A stretch of 64,000 bases of DNA from Marispirochaeta sp. (GCA_963676835.2 CAXXFF010000003.1:672001-736000), one strand, 5' to 3'; counted from the first letter of the stretch, positions 36,636-47,394 are shown. Numbers and translations are program-made. The notes: generated from the letters alone by a model not told the origin.

Positions 36636-37793
36636 ATGATACCAAGAACGGACTACCTTCGCAAAATACAAACTGCTATGGGAAGGGCAAAAATTACAGC
36701 TCTGCTTGGACCGAGACAGTGTGGAAAGACAACTCTGGCCAAAGAAATATCCAGAAAGGCAGGAGCACACTTTCTGGATATGGAATCTCCTGCCGATAGA
36801 GCAAAGATTCAGAATCCCGAACTGTATCTGGACTCATTGGACGGGCTGGTGATTATAGATGAAATTCAGCTGTATCCGGAACTGTTTCCTGTTTTACGGG
36901 TCGTCTCAGACAGAAAACAGTCAAATGGAACTTTTCTTATACTGGGAAGTGCTTCACCTCAACTGGTAAAGAATGCTTCTGAGTCTTTAGCTGGAAGAGT
37001 GGAATTCATCGATCTCCAGGGATTTAATCTTCTGGAAACCGGCTCTGATGAGTGGGAAAAGCTGTGGCAGAGGGGGGGGTATCCACTCTCATTTCTGGCA
37101 AAGAATGATATTGACAGTAACGCCTGGAGAGAAGGCTTTGTAAGAACCTTTTTGCAGCGGGATATCCCTCAGCTGGGAATAAACATACCTTCTGCCACCC
37201 TCAGACGATTCTGGACGATGCTGGCACACAGTCATGGCCAGATCCTGAATAAATCCCAGCTGGCGGGCTCCATGGGGATAAGCCATACAACCATTCAATC
37301 CTATATTGATATTTTGACAGCTACCTATATGATACGACCTTTACAGCCATGGTTTTCCAATATGAAAAAACGGCAAGTCAAATCCCCAAAAATCTATTTT
37401 ACTGATACAGGACTCCTTCACCATCTGCTGGGAATCAAAAACCGGGAAGATCTCCTGGGCCACCCCATTCGCGGCACATCCTGGGAAAGTTTCGCCATGG
37501 AACAGATTCTACGGAATTTTTCCATCCCGGAACCCTACTTCTGGTCAACCTTCAGTGGAGCTGAAATTGATCTGCTTATAATGGAAGGGAATAAGAGAAT
37601 CGGTATAGAATTCAAAACTTCCGAAACTCCTAAAACTACCAAATCCATGCATTCAGCTATCCGGGATCTGAATCTGGAAAAAATTTCGATCATCTATCCC
37701 GGAAAAGAGAGTTATCCCATTCATGAAAAGATAGAAGTATGTTCTTTGAATTCTTTTCTTATACAAAAGAGTCATGGCAATCAGACACCTTGA
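36636..37793 (+). CDS. AAA+ ATPase (AAA_14) with C-terminal DUF4143 PD-(D/E)xK-like domain
   Basis: GPRQCGKTT, IIDEIQ, SESLAGR, KSPKIYFTDTG, EIDL...IEFK. Confidence 0.9.
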   Translation: MIPRTDYLRKIQTAMGRAKITALLGPRQCGKTTLAKEISRKAGAHFLDMESPADRAKIQNPELYLDSLDGLVIIDEIQLYPELFPVLRVVSDRKQSNGTFLILGSASPQLVKNASESLAGRVEFIDLQGFNLLETGSDEWEKLWQRGGYPLSFLAKNDIDSNAWREGFVRTFLQRDIPQLGINIPSATLRRFWTMLAHSHGQILNKSQLAGSMGISHTTIQSYIDILTATYMIRPLQPWFSNMKKRQVKSPKIYFTDTGLLHHLLGIKNREDLLGHPIRGTSWESFAMEQILRNFSIPEPYFWSTFSGAEIDLLIMEGNKRIGIEFKTSETPKTTKSMHSAIRDLNLEKISIIYPGKESYPIHEKIEVCSLNSFLIQKSHGNQTP

Positions 37794-37941
37794 AGAAGCT
37801 GTATATTAGTTCTAAAAATATCCGCGGCAAAAAATAGGTGCTTAGATCTATGGGGAGTTTTCCCCGTAAAGACCGGCAATTCTTCTTGATCCCAGCATCA
37901 ACCTGTGATATGCCTATTTAGTGCACAGAAGGAGGTCTTTC

Positions 37942-39348
37942 ATGCCCACAGTAAAAGAACTGCTCGCCGGAGAAGCCGGCAATCAGACAGTTACCCTGAA
38001 TGGCTGGGTCAGAACCAGGCGGGATTCAAAAAACCTTACTTTTCTGGCTTTAAGTGACGGATCATGCTTTTCTACTATTCAGGCAGTGTTTGACAAGGAA
38101 GGAAAAACCTACAGCACAGAAACCCTCGATGCCCTAGGGAAGGCCGGAAACGGTGCGGGAATCCAGGTTTCCGGAATTCTGACAGCATCCCCCGGAAGCG
38201 GTCAGGCGGTGGAAATACAGGCCGATTCCCTTGAGATCTACGGTGAAGCGGATCCGGAACACTACCCCCTTCAGAAAAAACGCCATTCCTTTGAATTTTT
38301 ACGCGAAATTGCCCACCTGAGGCCCCGGACAAACACCTTCGGTGCAGTTGCCCGGGTGCGGAATGCCATGAGCTTTGCAGTACACCGCTTTTTTCAGGAG
38401 AAGGGATTCCTCTATGTGCATACTCCCATTATTACCGGTGTAGATGCAGAAGGTGCAGGACAGATGTTCCGGGTAACCACCCTGCCGGCGGATAATCCCC
38501 CCAGGGATGATAAAGGTGTGGACTTTAAAGAGGATTTCTTTGCAAAACCCACCTACCTGGCGGTAACCGGCCAGCTGGAAGCGGAAACCTATGCCCTGGC
38601 TATGGGCAGCGTCTATACCTTCGGCCCTACATTCCGGGCGGAAAACTCAAATACAGCCCGGCACCTGGCGGAATTCTGGATGATAGAGCCGGAAATGGCC
38701 TTCTGCGATATCAACTGCAACATGGATGTTGCCGAGGAATTTCTCAAATATGTGATAAACGCCGTCCTCGATGAATGTGCCGAGGATATGGAGTTCTTCA
38801 ACAAATGGGTACAGAAAGATGTTATCTCCATGCTTCAGGGTGTGGTGAGCAAAGAGTTTGCCAGAACAAGCTATACCGAGGCCATGAAGGAGCTTGAAAA
38901 AGCACAGCAGTCCGGCACCGCAGGATTTGAGTTCCCTGTCTCATGGGGTGCTGATCTGCAGTCGGAACATGAGAAATTCCTTACCGAGAAGGTGTTCAAC
39001 GGCCCGGTTATTGTTACCGACTATCCCCGGGACATAAAGGCCTTCTATATGAAACAGAATGAAGATGAAAAGACAGTCCGTGCCATGGATGTTCTTGTTC
39101 CCCGTCTGGGAGAGATTATCGGCGGCTCCGAGCGAGAAGCGGACCTTTCCCGGCTGGAAACCCGCATGGATGAGCTTGGCTTGAACAAGAGTGAATACTG
39201 GTGGTATCTCGAGCTGCGCAAATACGGCAGTGTGCCTCACTCCGGATTCGGTCTCGGATTTGAACGGCTTATTCAGTATGTAACGGGTATGCAGAATATT
39301 AGGGATGTTATTCCCTATCCGAGAACCGTGCATACTGCAGATTTTTAA
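37942..39348 (+). CDS. asnS: Asparagine-tRNA ligase
   Basis: [58 protein letters not shown]. Confidence 0.97.
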   Translation: MPTVKELLAGEAGNQTVTLNGWVRTRRDSKNLTFLALSDGSCFSTIQAVFDKEGKTYSTETLDALGKAGNGAGIQVSGILTASPGSGQAVEIQADSLEIYGEADPEHYPLQKKRHSFEFLREIAHLRPRTNTFGAVARVRNAMSFAVHRFFQEKGFLYVHTPIITGVDAEGAGQMFRVTTLPADNPPRDDKGVDFKEDFFAKPTYLAVTGQLEAETYALAMGSVYTFGPTFRAENSNTARHLAEFWMIEPEMAFCDINCNMDVAEEFLKYVINAVLDECAEDMEFFNKWVQKDVISMLQGVVSKEFARTSYTEAMKELEKAQQSGTAGFEFPVSWGADLQSEHEKFLTEKVFNGPVIVTDYPRDIKAFYMKQNEDEKTVRAMDVLVPRLGEIIGGSEREADLSRLETRMDELGLNKSEYWWYLELRKYGSVPHSGFGLGFERLIQYVTGMQNIRDVIPYPRTVHTADF

Positions 39349-39361
39349 GGAACGACGGTAA

Positions 39362-41662
39362 ATGAAATCCGCAGGCAGAGCTTCGCTGATCTTTAACAAA
39401 CTAAAAGGCCTACGTAAAAGGCTTCCAGGTGTAAACCCGGCGGAAAAGCAGGAAGATATTATTTCTGCAGAGTTTTCGGCCAGTGGAGAGGAAAAACAGG
39501 AAGAAGACCACCTCCGTACGCTGGGAACCTTCGGAGGGGTATTTACCCCCTCGTTTCTCACCATAATCGGGGTAATAATGTACCTCCGGTTCAGCTGGAT
39601 TATTGCCAACGGCGGTCTGTTTCATACTCTTATCATTGTAATCCTTGCCAATTGTATCACTTTTATTACCGCCCTCTCGGTTTCAAGCATCGGCTCCAAT
39701 GAACGGATGGAGACCGGAGGGGCCTATTACATGATCAACCGGGTCCTTGGGTTTCTTCCCGGCGGGGCCATCGGCATTCCTCTCTACATAAGCCAGGCCC
39801 TCTCCATTGCCCTCTATATAATCGGATTCTCGGAAACCCTGTCCGGACTCTTTCCTTCCATGGATATCCGCATAACAGCGCTGATTACTCTTGTGGTGCT
39901 CTCCCTGCTGGGTCTTGTGGGAGCCCGGTTTATGGTAAAGATTCAATACATAATCCTGAGTCTGATACTATTGAGCCTGGTCTCCATTGCCGCGGGATTT
40001 ACCGCATTTGATGTTAAAACTGCAGTGCTTCTTCCAGCCTACAGTAACGGAATCGGCTTCTGGCGGGTTTTTGCGGTGTTTTTCCCGGCGGTTACCGGAA
40101 TCCTTTCGGGTGTTTCCATGTCCGGCGACCTTAAAGACCCGGCTAAAAGTATACCCCGGGGAACCCTGGGCGCCGTTGCGGCAGGCTTTGTCATCTATCT
40201 GGCAGTTCCGGTAATGCTGGCTTTCTCGGTAACAAGAAACGACCTCTATTCCGCAGAAGCCCTGACCAACGCCTCCCGCTGGCCCATGTTCGTGGTATTG
40301 GGAATCTTCGGTGCAACCTTAAGCAGCGCCATCGGTTCCCTTATGGCAGCCCCCCGAACTCTTCAGGCTCTCGGGCGGGATAAGGTACTTCCTGGCTTTC
40401 TCGGATTCGGTGTGGGAAAAACCGGAGAACCGCTGCCTGCTCTGCTGATCTCGGTGGCCATAGCCATGGCGGCAATCTTCGCCGGAAGCCTGAACGCCGT
40501 AGCCGAAGTTCTGACCATGTTCTTTCTCACCACCTACGGTGTACTGAATCTATCCGCCGGAATGGAGCGGCTGGTGGGGAACCCCTCTTTCAGGCCTTCC
40601 ATCAAAATCCCGTGGTGGATAAGTTTTCTGGGTGCCGCCGGCTGTTTCGGTGTAATGTTTCTTATCAACCTGGCGGCAACTGTGGTTGCCCTGCTTCTGG
40701 TTGCTGCAATCTTTTTTCTGCTGAGCCTGCGGGCATCAAAGGTTGAACCCGGAAATCAGGGAGTCTGGGAAGGGTTCTGGACAGGCATGTTTTTTGCAGT
40801 CTCCCATATGCTTGAGAAAACCCGCAGCCATTCGGGAAAAAACTGGCGCCCCATTATTCAGGTTTTTGCTTCAGAGGTTGGCTCCCATGCGGGAATGATA
40901 TCCCTGGGCTCCCTCATAACAAAGCGCAGCGGTGCCCTTGCCCTTTATGCAATCCTTCCTCAAGGATTGCCGGAGGAGAAAGAAGAGGTGCGCCACGAGC
41001 TGGAGTCTTTTTCAACCACCCTGAATCAGCGGAATATCTTCACCACCATGGTGGAAACACCGTCAATTTTCACGGGGATACTGGTCGCATCCCAGGCGGC
41101 AGCCTTTGCAGGAAGCAGCTATAACACGGTTATGATCGGACTGCCTACAGCCGCAAGCAGGCAGGATAAGGAATACACCACCATTCTCACCGGTCTCTGT
41201 GCCCTGGAAAAGAATGTGCTCCTCTTTAAACGGGGAGATATTGCCTGGAATCTGAGTACCGACCCTATCCTGGTATGGTGGGGCGGCCAGGAGCAGAATG
41301 TACGGCTTATGCTGTTTCTGGCTCACCTTATTCAGACCAATTCTCCCCATGCAAACCAGATCCGTCTGGGAACCATTGTTCAGTCCGACGAAGAGCGCTC
41401 AGCTGCAGAAGAAAAGCTGAAAGCCACCCTCAAGGAGCTGCGTATTCCCGGAGAAGTATTTGTGGTTACCGGCTCTGAAGAGGTGGAAATAAAGGATACC
41501 ATCGCGGAACATTCACGGCAGTTTTCACTGGTGATGCTGGGTATGGCAAAGCCTTCGGAAGAGAAGAGCGGAACCTATCTGCCCGCCCTTCGTTCCACCG
41601 GAGAAAATCTGGGAAACACCCTGTTTGTTCTCAGCAATATACCGGAGCAGGAGTACGAGTAG
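39362..41662 (+). CDS. APC-superfamily permease, cation-chloride cotransporter (SLC12)-like
   Basis: LGTFGGVFTPSFLTIIGVIMYLR, GGAYYMI, FFPAVTGI, SGDLKDP, KNWRP, VWWGG C-terminal domain. Confidence 0.85.
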   Translation: MKSAGRASLIFNKLKGLRKRLPGVNPAEKQEDIISAEFSASGEEKQEEDHLRTLGTFGGVFTPSFLTIIGVIMYLRFSWIIANGGLFHTLIIVILANCITFITALSVSSIGSNERMETGGAYYMINRVLGFLPGGAIGIPLYISQALSIALYIIGFSETLSGLFPSMDIRITALITLVVLSLLGLVGARFMVKIQYIILSLILLSLVSIAAGFTAFDVKTAVLLPAYSNGIGFWRVFAVFFPAVTGILSGVSMSGDLKDPAKSIPRGTLGAVAAGFVIYLAVPVMLAFSVTRNDLYSAEALTNASRWPMFVVLGIFGATLSSAIGSLMAAPRTLQALGRDKVLPGFLGFGVGKTGEPLPALLISVAIAMAAIFAGSLNAVAEVLTMFFLTTYGVLNLSAGMERLVGNPSFRPSIKIPWWISFLGAAGCFGVMFLINLAATVVALLLVAAIFFLLSLRASKVEPGNQGVWEGFWTGMFFAVSHMLEKTRSHSGKNWRPIIQVFASEVGSHAGMISLGSLITKRSGALALYAILPQGLPEEKEEVRHELESFSTTLNQRNIFTTMVETPSIFTGILVASQAAAFAGSSYNTVMIGLPTAASRQDKEYTTILTGLCALEKNVLLFKRGDIAWNLSTDPILVWWGGQEQNVRLMLFLAHLIQTNSPHANQIRLGTIVQSDEERSAAEEKLKATLKELRIPGEVFVVTGSEEVEIKDTIAEHSRQFSLVMLGMAKPSEEKSGTYLPALRSTGENLGNTLFVLSNIPEQEYE

Positions 41663-41666
41663 AAAC

Positions 41667-42944
41667 TCAAGTTTCTCTGGCTTCTGCTTCTCTTTCGCGG
41701 GTAAGCATAAGTACGCCGGTAGTTGCTGCAAACAGCACCGCATACACAACAGCTGCAACGCCGAAAGCAGCGCGGAAGCCATGGGTATCCACACCCAGCC
41801 CTATCAGCGGAGCAACAATGGCTCCCCCGGACATGCCGATTGCATAATATATTCCCAGAATGGTTGAGCGCCGCTCTTCGGAGGTGTTTTCAAAGATAAA
41901 CGCTTCTGAAGCCGGCATACGGCCGAAAAGGGTTATGCCGAACCCGAGCATAAGAATGTAGGTTAAGGGACTGTAGGGAATAAAAGTGACCAGCCCGATT
42001 ACGGGAATAAGCAGACTCGACACAGTTACCAGAACCGAAACCCGGCCCAGTTTATCCGAAAGATAACCGCTTAAAGGTGCGGCCCAGAAACCCGCAGAAT
42101 AGACAATCGCCAGGGTAAGGGCTGCACCCTGCTCACCGATTGCAAAGTAATCAATCATTATAAGAGGAATAAAAGTAATACATGCCTGCCCGAAGGCGGC
42201 GGCTGTTCCGGTGAGCAGGATGAAAGCGGTGAGTCTCACGGACTGCCGTCTGCTTCCGGTGCGGGATTTTTCCAGGTCGAGGTGAGGGGATGCCGGGGCA
42301 TCGGGCATTTCGGAGGAACCGCCGGTAACAGCGGCGGGAGCAACAGTCTTTACCCTGGTCCCTACGCCCAGGCGGCCCAGGAGAAGGAAGAAAAAGACTC
42401 CGAACAGAAATACCGGCAGCGAGGTTCCAAGAAAGGCACCGCGCCAGCCCCAGGCCATAGCAAGGCCTGTACCGATAACAGGAGAAATAAAGTGACTCAA
42501 CGACCCGCCGATAACATGGAATCCCAGAGCCCTTCCCCGGTTTGCCGCACCTACAGCACCGACAACGATGGGAGGAGCGGAAGGGTGATACCCGCCGCCG
42601 GCAAGCCCCATAAGAACCAGGAAAACAACCAGCAAAAAGACGTTTGTTGAGAATCCCACCAGGGCTCCCGCCAGGGCAACTCCGGCAAGACCGACGGTCA
42701 TAAGAGTGCGTGGTCCGAACCTGTCCGCAAGCCATCCCGCCGGAAGCTGTCCCAGACCGTTGGCAAAATTAAAGGCAGAAGCAACCAGCCCGGTTGCAGC
42801 GTAGGTCAAACCGAAGGAATCCCGGATAAAGGGGAGCATCGGCACCACCAGAGCAGTAAGCAGATGGTGGGAAAAATGTGAGAGAATAAAGAGGGTAATA
42901 AACCCGACAAGCCTTAAAGAAAGACCTTTTGCGGACACAGGCAT
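41667..42944 (-). CDS. MFS transporter
   Basis: GWLADRFGPR and GYLSDKLGR motif A; 12 TM pattern. Confidence 0.9.
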   Translation of the reverse strand: MPVSAKGLSLRLVGFITLFILSHFSHHLLTALVVPMLPFIRDSFGLTYAATGLVASAFNFANGLGQLPAGWLADRFGPRTLMTVGLAGVALAGALVGFSTNVFLLVVFLVLMGLAGGGYHPSAPPIVVGAVGAANRGRALGFHVIGGSLSHFISPVIGTGLAMAWGWRGAFLGTSLPVFLFGVFFFLLLGRLGVGTRVKTVAPAAVTGGSSEMPDAPASPHLDLEKSRTGSRRQSVRLTAFILLTGTAAAFGQACITFIPLIMIDYFAIGEQGAALTLAIVYSAGFWAAPLSGYLSDKLGRVSVLVTVSSLLIPVIGLVTFIPYSPLTYILMLGFGITLFGRMPASEAFIFENTSEERRSTILGIYYAIGMSGGAIVAPLIGLGVDTHGFRAAFGVAAVVYAVLFAATTGVLMLTREREAEARET

Positions 42945-43066
42945 CTCCTGGAAAATTGTGCATACATTCTATCTGCAGAAATCAGCCTGTACAAGCAGGA
43001 AACTGCAGTTTCAGTTATTGACCCGCACTCTATACACTACTTATTTTATCAGGTATAATTTTGGAA

Positions 43067-43086
43067 ATAGTTTATAAATAAACTAT
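43067..43086. promoter_or_regulatory. Palindrome upstream of nifS (putative regulator site)
   Basis: ATAGTTTAT-aa-ATAAACTAT. Confidence 0.4.
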
Positions 43087-43149
43087 CCGTATACAGCGGA
43101 TATTTGTATCTTACACCTCGTAACCTGACAGAAAAAGGCAGAGAACGGT

Positions 43150-44325
43150 ATGGAACGAATTTATCTGGACAACAACGCCACAACTGTAGTCGACCCGAAA
43201 GTAAAGCAGGCAATGGAACCCTATTACCTGCAGCAGTACGGCAACCCCAACTCACTCCACAGCTTCGGAACCGAAGTGCATCCCGAAATGAGTATTGCCC
43301 TGGACAGGCTCTATGAAGGAATCGGAGCCTCCGATGAGGATGATATCCTTATAAACAGCTGTGCCACGGAAGGAAACAATACAGTCCTTAAAGGTGTCTG
43401 GTCACTTAACGTTCAGCAGGGCAAGCCCTTTACCCTTGTGGTAAGCCAGATTGAGCACCCCTGTGTCGCACATACCGCAGATTATCTTGAGAGCATGGGA
43501 GCGGAAGTAATCCGCCTTCCGGTAAATGAACAGGGAATTGTAACTCCCGCGATACTCAAAGAGCATATTGCCGGGAAAAATATTGACATGGTGAGTATAA
43601 TGTGGGCCAACAACGAAACGGGGCTTATTAATCCCGTGCAGGAACTGTGTGATATAGCCCACGAAAACGGCGCCCTCTTTCATACCGACGCAGTACAGGC
43701 CATCGGGAAGATCCCTGTAAGCCTTCAGGATGTCAAGGCGGACTACCTTACCTTCAGTGCCCACAAGTTTCACGGGCCCAAAGGCGTAGGCGGACTGTAT
43801 ATCCGCAGCGGATCTCCCTTTTCTCCCCTTCTCCATGGCGGGGAACAGATGGGCAACAAGAGAGCGGGAACAGTGAACGTTGCCTACATGGTGGGTATGG
43901 GTCTGGCCATGAAACTTGCGGTGGATGCCCTGGAATATGAGGATACCACAGTGCGGGCTTTAAGGGACCGGCTTGAAGATGCCCTGAAGGAAATTCCCGA
44001 TACGGTTATTCTGGGGCGCCGGGAACTCAGGACCCCCAACACAATTCTGGTAAGCTTCCGCGGCATTGAAGGAGAAGCCTTTATCTGGGACCTGAATACC
44101 AACGGAATAGCCGCCAGCACCGGGTCAGCCTGCTCCTCAGAGGATCTTGAGGCGGATGCAACCCTGAAGGCGATGAATCTGGGTGCAGAACTTGCCCATA
44201 CGGCGGTCCGTTTCAGCCTGAGCCGCTATACTACGGCGGAAGAGATCGATTACACCATTGAAACCATAAAGAAAACAGTATCAAGACTGCGGGAAATTTC
44301 CAGCACATATTCAGAACAGCATTGA
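43150..44325 (+). CDS. nifS: Cysteine desulfurase NifS
   Basis: IYLDNNATT, GNPNSLH, SAHKFHGPKG, STGSAC. Confidence 0.95.
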   Translation: MERIYLDNNATTVVDPKVKQAMEPYYLQQYGNPNSLHSFGTEVHPEMSIALDRLYEGIGASDEDDILINSCATEGNNTVLKGVWSLNVQQGKPFTLVVSQIEHPCVAHTADYLESMGAEVIRLPVNEQGIVTPAILKEHIAGKNIDMVSIMWANNETGLINPVQELCDIAHENGALFHTDAVQAIGKIPVSLQDVKADYLTFSAHKFHGPKGVGGLYIRSGSPFSPLLHGGEQMGNKRAGTVNVAYMVGMGLAMKLAVDALEYEDTTVRALRDRLEDALKEIPDTVILGRRELRTPNTILVSFRGIEGEAFIWDLNTNGIAASTGSACSSEDLEADATLKAMNLGAELAHTAVRFSLSRYTTAEEIDYTIETIKKTVSRLREISSTYSEQH

Positions 44326-44338
44326 GGAGCAGAACAGT

Positions 44339-45298
44339 ATGGCTAAAGGCGATTTAATCGGCGGTACCCTGTGGGACCAGTACTCAAAGAAAGTAGCAGA
44401 CAGAATGAATAACCCCACCTATCTGGGCGTGATTACCGAAGAGGAAGCCGCTGCTCTGAACGCAGAGCTGATCGTAGCCGATCATGGGGCTGAAAGCTGC
44501 GGAGATGCGGTACGTCTGTACTGGGCGGTAGATAAGGAGAGCGGAAAAATTGTTAAAGCCAGCTTTAAAAGCTTCGGCTGCGGCACTGCCATCGCCTCCA
44601 GTGACATGATGGCAGAGCTCTGCATCGGTAAAACTGTAGATGAAGCGGTTAAAATTACCAACATCGATGTAGAAGCCGCCATGAGAGACAACCCGGATAC
44701 ACCGGCAGTTCCCCCCCAGAAGATGCACTGTTCAGTTATGGCTTACGACGTGATCAAGGCTGCAGCGGCAAAATTCAAGGGCGTTGATCTGAGTTCTCTG
44801 GAAGAAGAGGAAATAGTCTGTGAATGTGCACGGGTCAGCCTGGGAACCATTCAGGAAGTAATCCGTATTAATGACCTGAAAACTGTGGAAGAGATTACCG
44901 CCTATACAAAGGCCGGGGCCTTTTGTAAATCCTGTATCCGCCCCGGCGGACACGAAAGCAGAAAATACCATCTCGAAGATATTCTGAAAGAGACCCGGGC
45001 AAAAATGGATGCGGAAGCCATGACAAAGGACGATACACCCTTTGCAGAAATGAGCCCTTTTAAACAGGCAAAAGCCCTGGAAGCACTCTTTGATGCGGAG
45101 ATACGTCCGGCCCTGCTGCAGGACGGCGGTAATGTACAGATAAAAGACTTGAGCATCACCGACGATGGCCCGCTGGTGGAAATCAGCTATGAAGGGGCCT
45201 GTATGAGCTGCCCCAGTGCCGGTCTCGGGACTCTGGACTTTATTACCGGAACCCTGCGCAGAAAACTCGATAAAAGCTTTACGGCAAAACTGGTTTAA
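44339..45298 (+). CDS. nifU: Three-domain Fe-S scaffold NifU
   Basis: SCGD / FGCG / KMHCS IscU-like domain, CEC...CKSC BFD-like domain, GACMSCP Nfu domain. Confidence 0.93.
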   Translation: MAKGDLIGGTLWDQYSKKVADRMNNPTYLGVITEEEAAALNAELIVADHGAESCGDAVRLYWAVDKESGKIVKASFKSFGCGTAIASSDMMAELCIGKTVDEAVKITNIDVEAAMRDNPDTPAVPPQKMHCSVMAYDVIKAAAAKFKGVDLSSLEEEEIVCECARVSLGTIQEVIRINDLKTVEEITAYTKAGAFCKSCIRPGGHESRKYHLEDILKETRAKMDAEAMTKDDTPFAEMSPFKQAKALEALFDAEIRPALLQDGGNVQIKDLSITDDGPLVEISYEGACMSCPSAGLGTLDFITGTLRRKLDKSFTAKLV

Positions 45299-45318
45299 CC
45301 GTTAACCGCCGGGGGCTG

Positions 45319-45768
45319 TTAGAGCCGCAAAAGGCGCTGCAGTTCCCGGTCAAAACGGTCGGAAAACTTTTTAAGCTCCCCCGAGCCATAGCTCCGGCGG
45401 CTGCTGCCGCCGACTCCTGCATCCTTCAGCGCGAGATTCCAGTCGCGCTGGCTGAGGCGTTCCCGTATGGTATCCCGGTCGAAGCGGTCTCCCCTGTCGT
45501 TGATAACTATTGCCTCTTGCTCTATAAGCCGTGCAGCCAGAGGAATATCCCGGGTTATAGCCAGATCATAGGGCATTATGTTATCCGCAATATAATCATC
45601 CGCTGTTCGGCCGGCTTCAACCACAACAAAAGAGGTAAACTCATTTTTTATATGGGGGATTTCCTTGTTTGCCGCAAATACAACCGACACCTCTTCCCTT
45701 TCTGCAGCCCTGGAAACAATATCCCGGACTTTTCCGGGCAGGCTGTCCGCATCCAGCCAGATAATCAC
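45319..45768 (-). CDS. YaiI/YqxD family protein (DUF188)
   Basis: IWLDADSLP, ADDYI, ITRDIPLAA. Confidence 0.88.
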   Translation of the reverse strand: MIIWLDADSLPGKVRDIVSRAAEREEVSVVFAANKEIPHIKNEFTSFVVVEAGRTADDYIADNIMPYDLAITRDIPLAARLIEQEAIVINDRGDRFDRDTIRERLSQRDWNLALKDAGVGGSSRRSYGSGELKKFSDRFDRELQRLLRL

Positions 45769-46913
45769 AGGGGAACCGCCGCACGGTAGACTATTCCACT
45801 GCCCGTCATAGTATATCCCTTTTCATCTGCTGTGACAAAAACAGCTTCTCCTGGATTCAACTTAAGTCCGTTGACAGCAACCTTCCCTTCCGTACAGGTC
45901 AGAATTTCACATCCATTCTTACTTTCTATGTCAACGGAACTACTTACCGCGATACGTGAAAGGCGAAACTCACTGGCAGGTGTACGATAAACCTCTTCTT
46001 CTCCATGCAGCTGAGGATGGAGAACCTCCGCTTCTGCTCCTTTAAAGGTCAGAACCGAGAGAAGCTCCTTTTTATCCACATGCTTTACCGTCAGTCCTCC
46101 ACGGAGCACATTATCGCTGGTAGCCATAAGTTCGATACCCAGACCGTTCAGATATGCATGCAGCTCTCCCGCCGGAAGAAACAGCGCCTCGCCGGGCTGA
46201 AGCTCCACCAGATTCAGAAAAAGAGGTGCAGTTATGCCGGTGTCCCCCGGGTACTGCCGGCTGATTTTACCAATCCAGCGGTACACATCTTCCGGACGAT
46301 CAGCAGCAGCCGCTGCGACTGCCTCGGCTAATGTCTCAGGCTCCGGGTAATCCATAAGTCTTGAGAAAAAACCTTTTAAGCCTTCTGAAGGAATAAGCCT
46401 GACCAGCTCCAGAAACTCCGGAGCCTGCAGCTCCTCTGCAAACTTAAGAATCTCCTCCGGTGGTCTAAAACCGCGAAGGGCCCAAAAAGGTGTAAGAGCG
46501 CAAATAATTTCAGGTTTATGGTTGTCGTCCCGGTAGTTACGTTTTGGGTCATCCAGAGGAATTCCTGCCGCATTTTCCTCGGCAAAGCCTTTTTCAGCCT
46601 CCGCTTTAGATGGATGAGCCTGAATGGAAAGAGGAGATCCTGCGGCAAGATATTTGAACAGAAAGGGAACAGTTCCAAATCTTTGATGCACCTGCGTACC
46701 AAGAACCTCATCGGGATTACGCCGGACGTACCTGTTAAGAGGCACTTTTTCATTGCCGTCTACAAGCAGCGACGGCGCTTTGGGATGAGCCCCCATCCAG
46801 ATTTCAGCCCAGGGAGCGTTCTCCACATTGGGTACTCCCATAAGTTCGGGTAAAAGCTCTCTTGATCCCCAGGCATAATGCTGTACTGTGTTTTCCAGTC
46901 GAAATACCGGCAT
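45765..46913 (-). CDS. manA: Mannose-6-phosphate isomerase, class I
   Basis: QHYAWGS, AEIWMGAHP, LSIQAHP, NHKPE, HAYL, SDNVLRGGLT. Confidence 0.95.
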   Translation of the reverse strand: MPVFRLENTVQHYAWGSRELLPELMGVPNVENAPWAEIWMGAHPKAPSLLVDGNEKVPLNRYVRRNPDEVLGTQVHQRFGTVPFLFKYLAAGSPLSIQAHPSKAEAEKGFAEENAAGIPLDDPKRNYRDDNHKPEIICALTPFWALRGFRPPEEILKFAEELQAPEFLELVRLIPSEGLKGFFSRLMDYPEPETLAEAVAAAAADRPEDVYRWIGKISRQYPGDTGITAPLFLNLVELQPGEALFLPAGELHAYLNGLGIELMATSDNVLRGGLTVKHVDKKELLSVLTFKGAEAEVLHPQLHGEEEVYRTPASEFRLSRIAVSSSVDIESKNGCEILTCTEGKVAVNGLKLNPGEAVFVTADEKGYTMTGSGIVYRAAVPL

Positions 46914-46951
46914 GCTGTTAAGTATAGTGTATTTTAAAGATTTTGCAGTAT

Positions 46952-47233
46952 TCAGGCTTTAAGTTTCTGTTTCAAGGCCATGAACACCCGGGCATTCTGT
47001 TCCTGAAAAAAGTCACGGGATTCGAGGTATTCCCGGGCAATGGCACAGAACTCATCGGACAGGTCGAAGGTACCGAAATGCTTGTAGGCCTTCCTTGGAG
47101 TGGCCTCACGGAAGATGCCATGCTGTTCGTTTATACATATACCAAGATTCTCAACCCAGATTTCAATTATCATGTTGTCCTGGCTGAAAAACTCTGACTT
47201 GTTACCCTTTGTGGCGTATACAACTGCTCTCAT
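46952..47233 (-). CDS. Hypothetical protein
   Basis: 93-aa ORF from ATG 47233 (GAGG upstream) filling the intergenic space. Confidence 0.55.
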   Translation of the reverse strand: MRAVVYATKGNKSEFFSQDNMIIEIWVENLGICINEQHGIFREATPRKAYKHFGTFDLSDEFCAIAREYLESRDFFQEQNARVFMALKQKLKA

Positions 47234-47311
47234 AGGCGCCTCTACTTTCCATTGCTCAGGAGGCAGTGTAAACCAGATTAAAAGGTAAATCAATGGACCT
47301 TTCCCTGCAGG

Positions 47312-47341
47312 TTGACCCTTACCCTGACTGCCGTATATAAA
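47312..47341 (+). promoter_or_regulatory. Possible sigma70 promoter for pfp
   Basis: TTGACC-N18-TATAAA. Confidence 0.3.
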
Positions 47342-47394
47342 AAAGACACACTAATAAGAAGATACAAAACCATCAGTATATGAAGGAGTAATCC

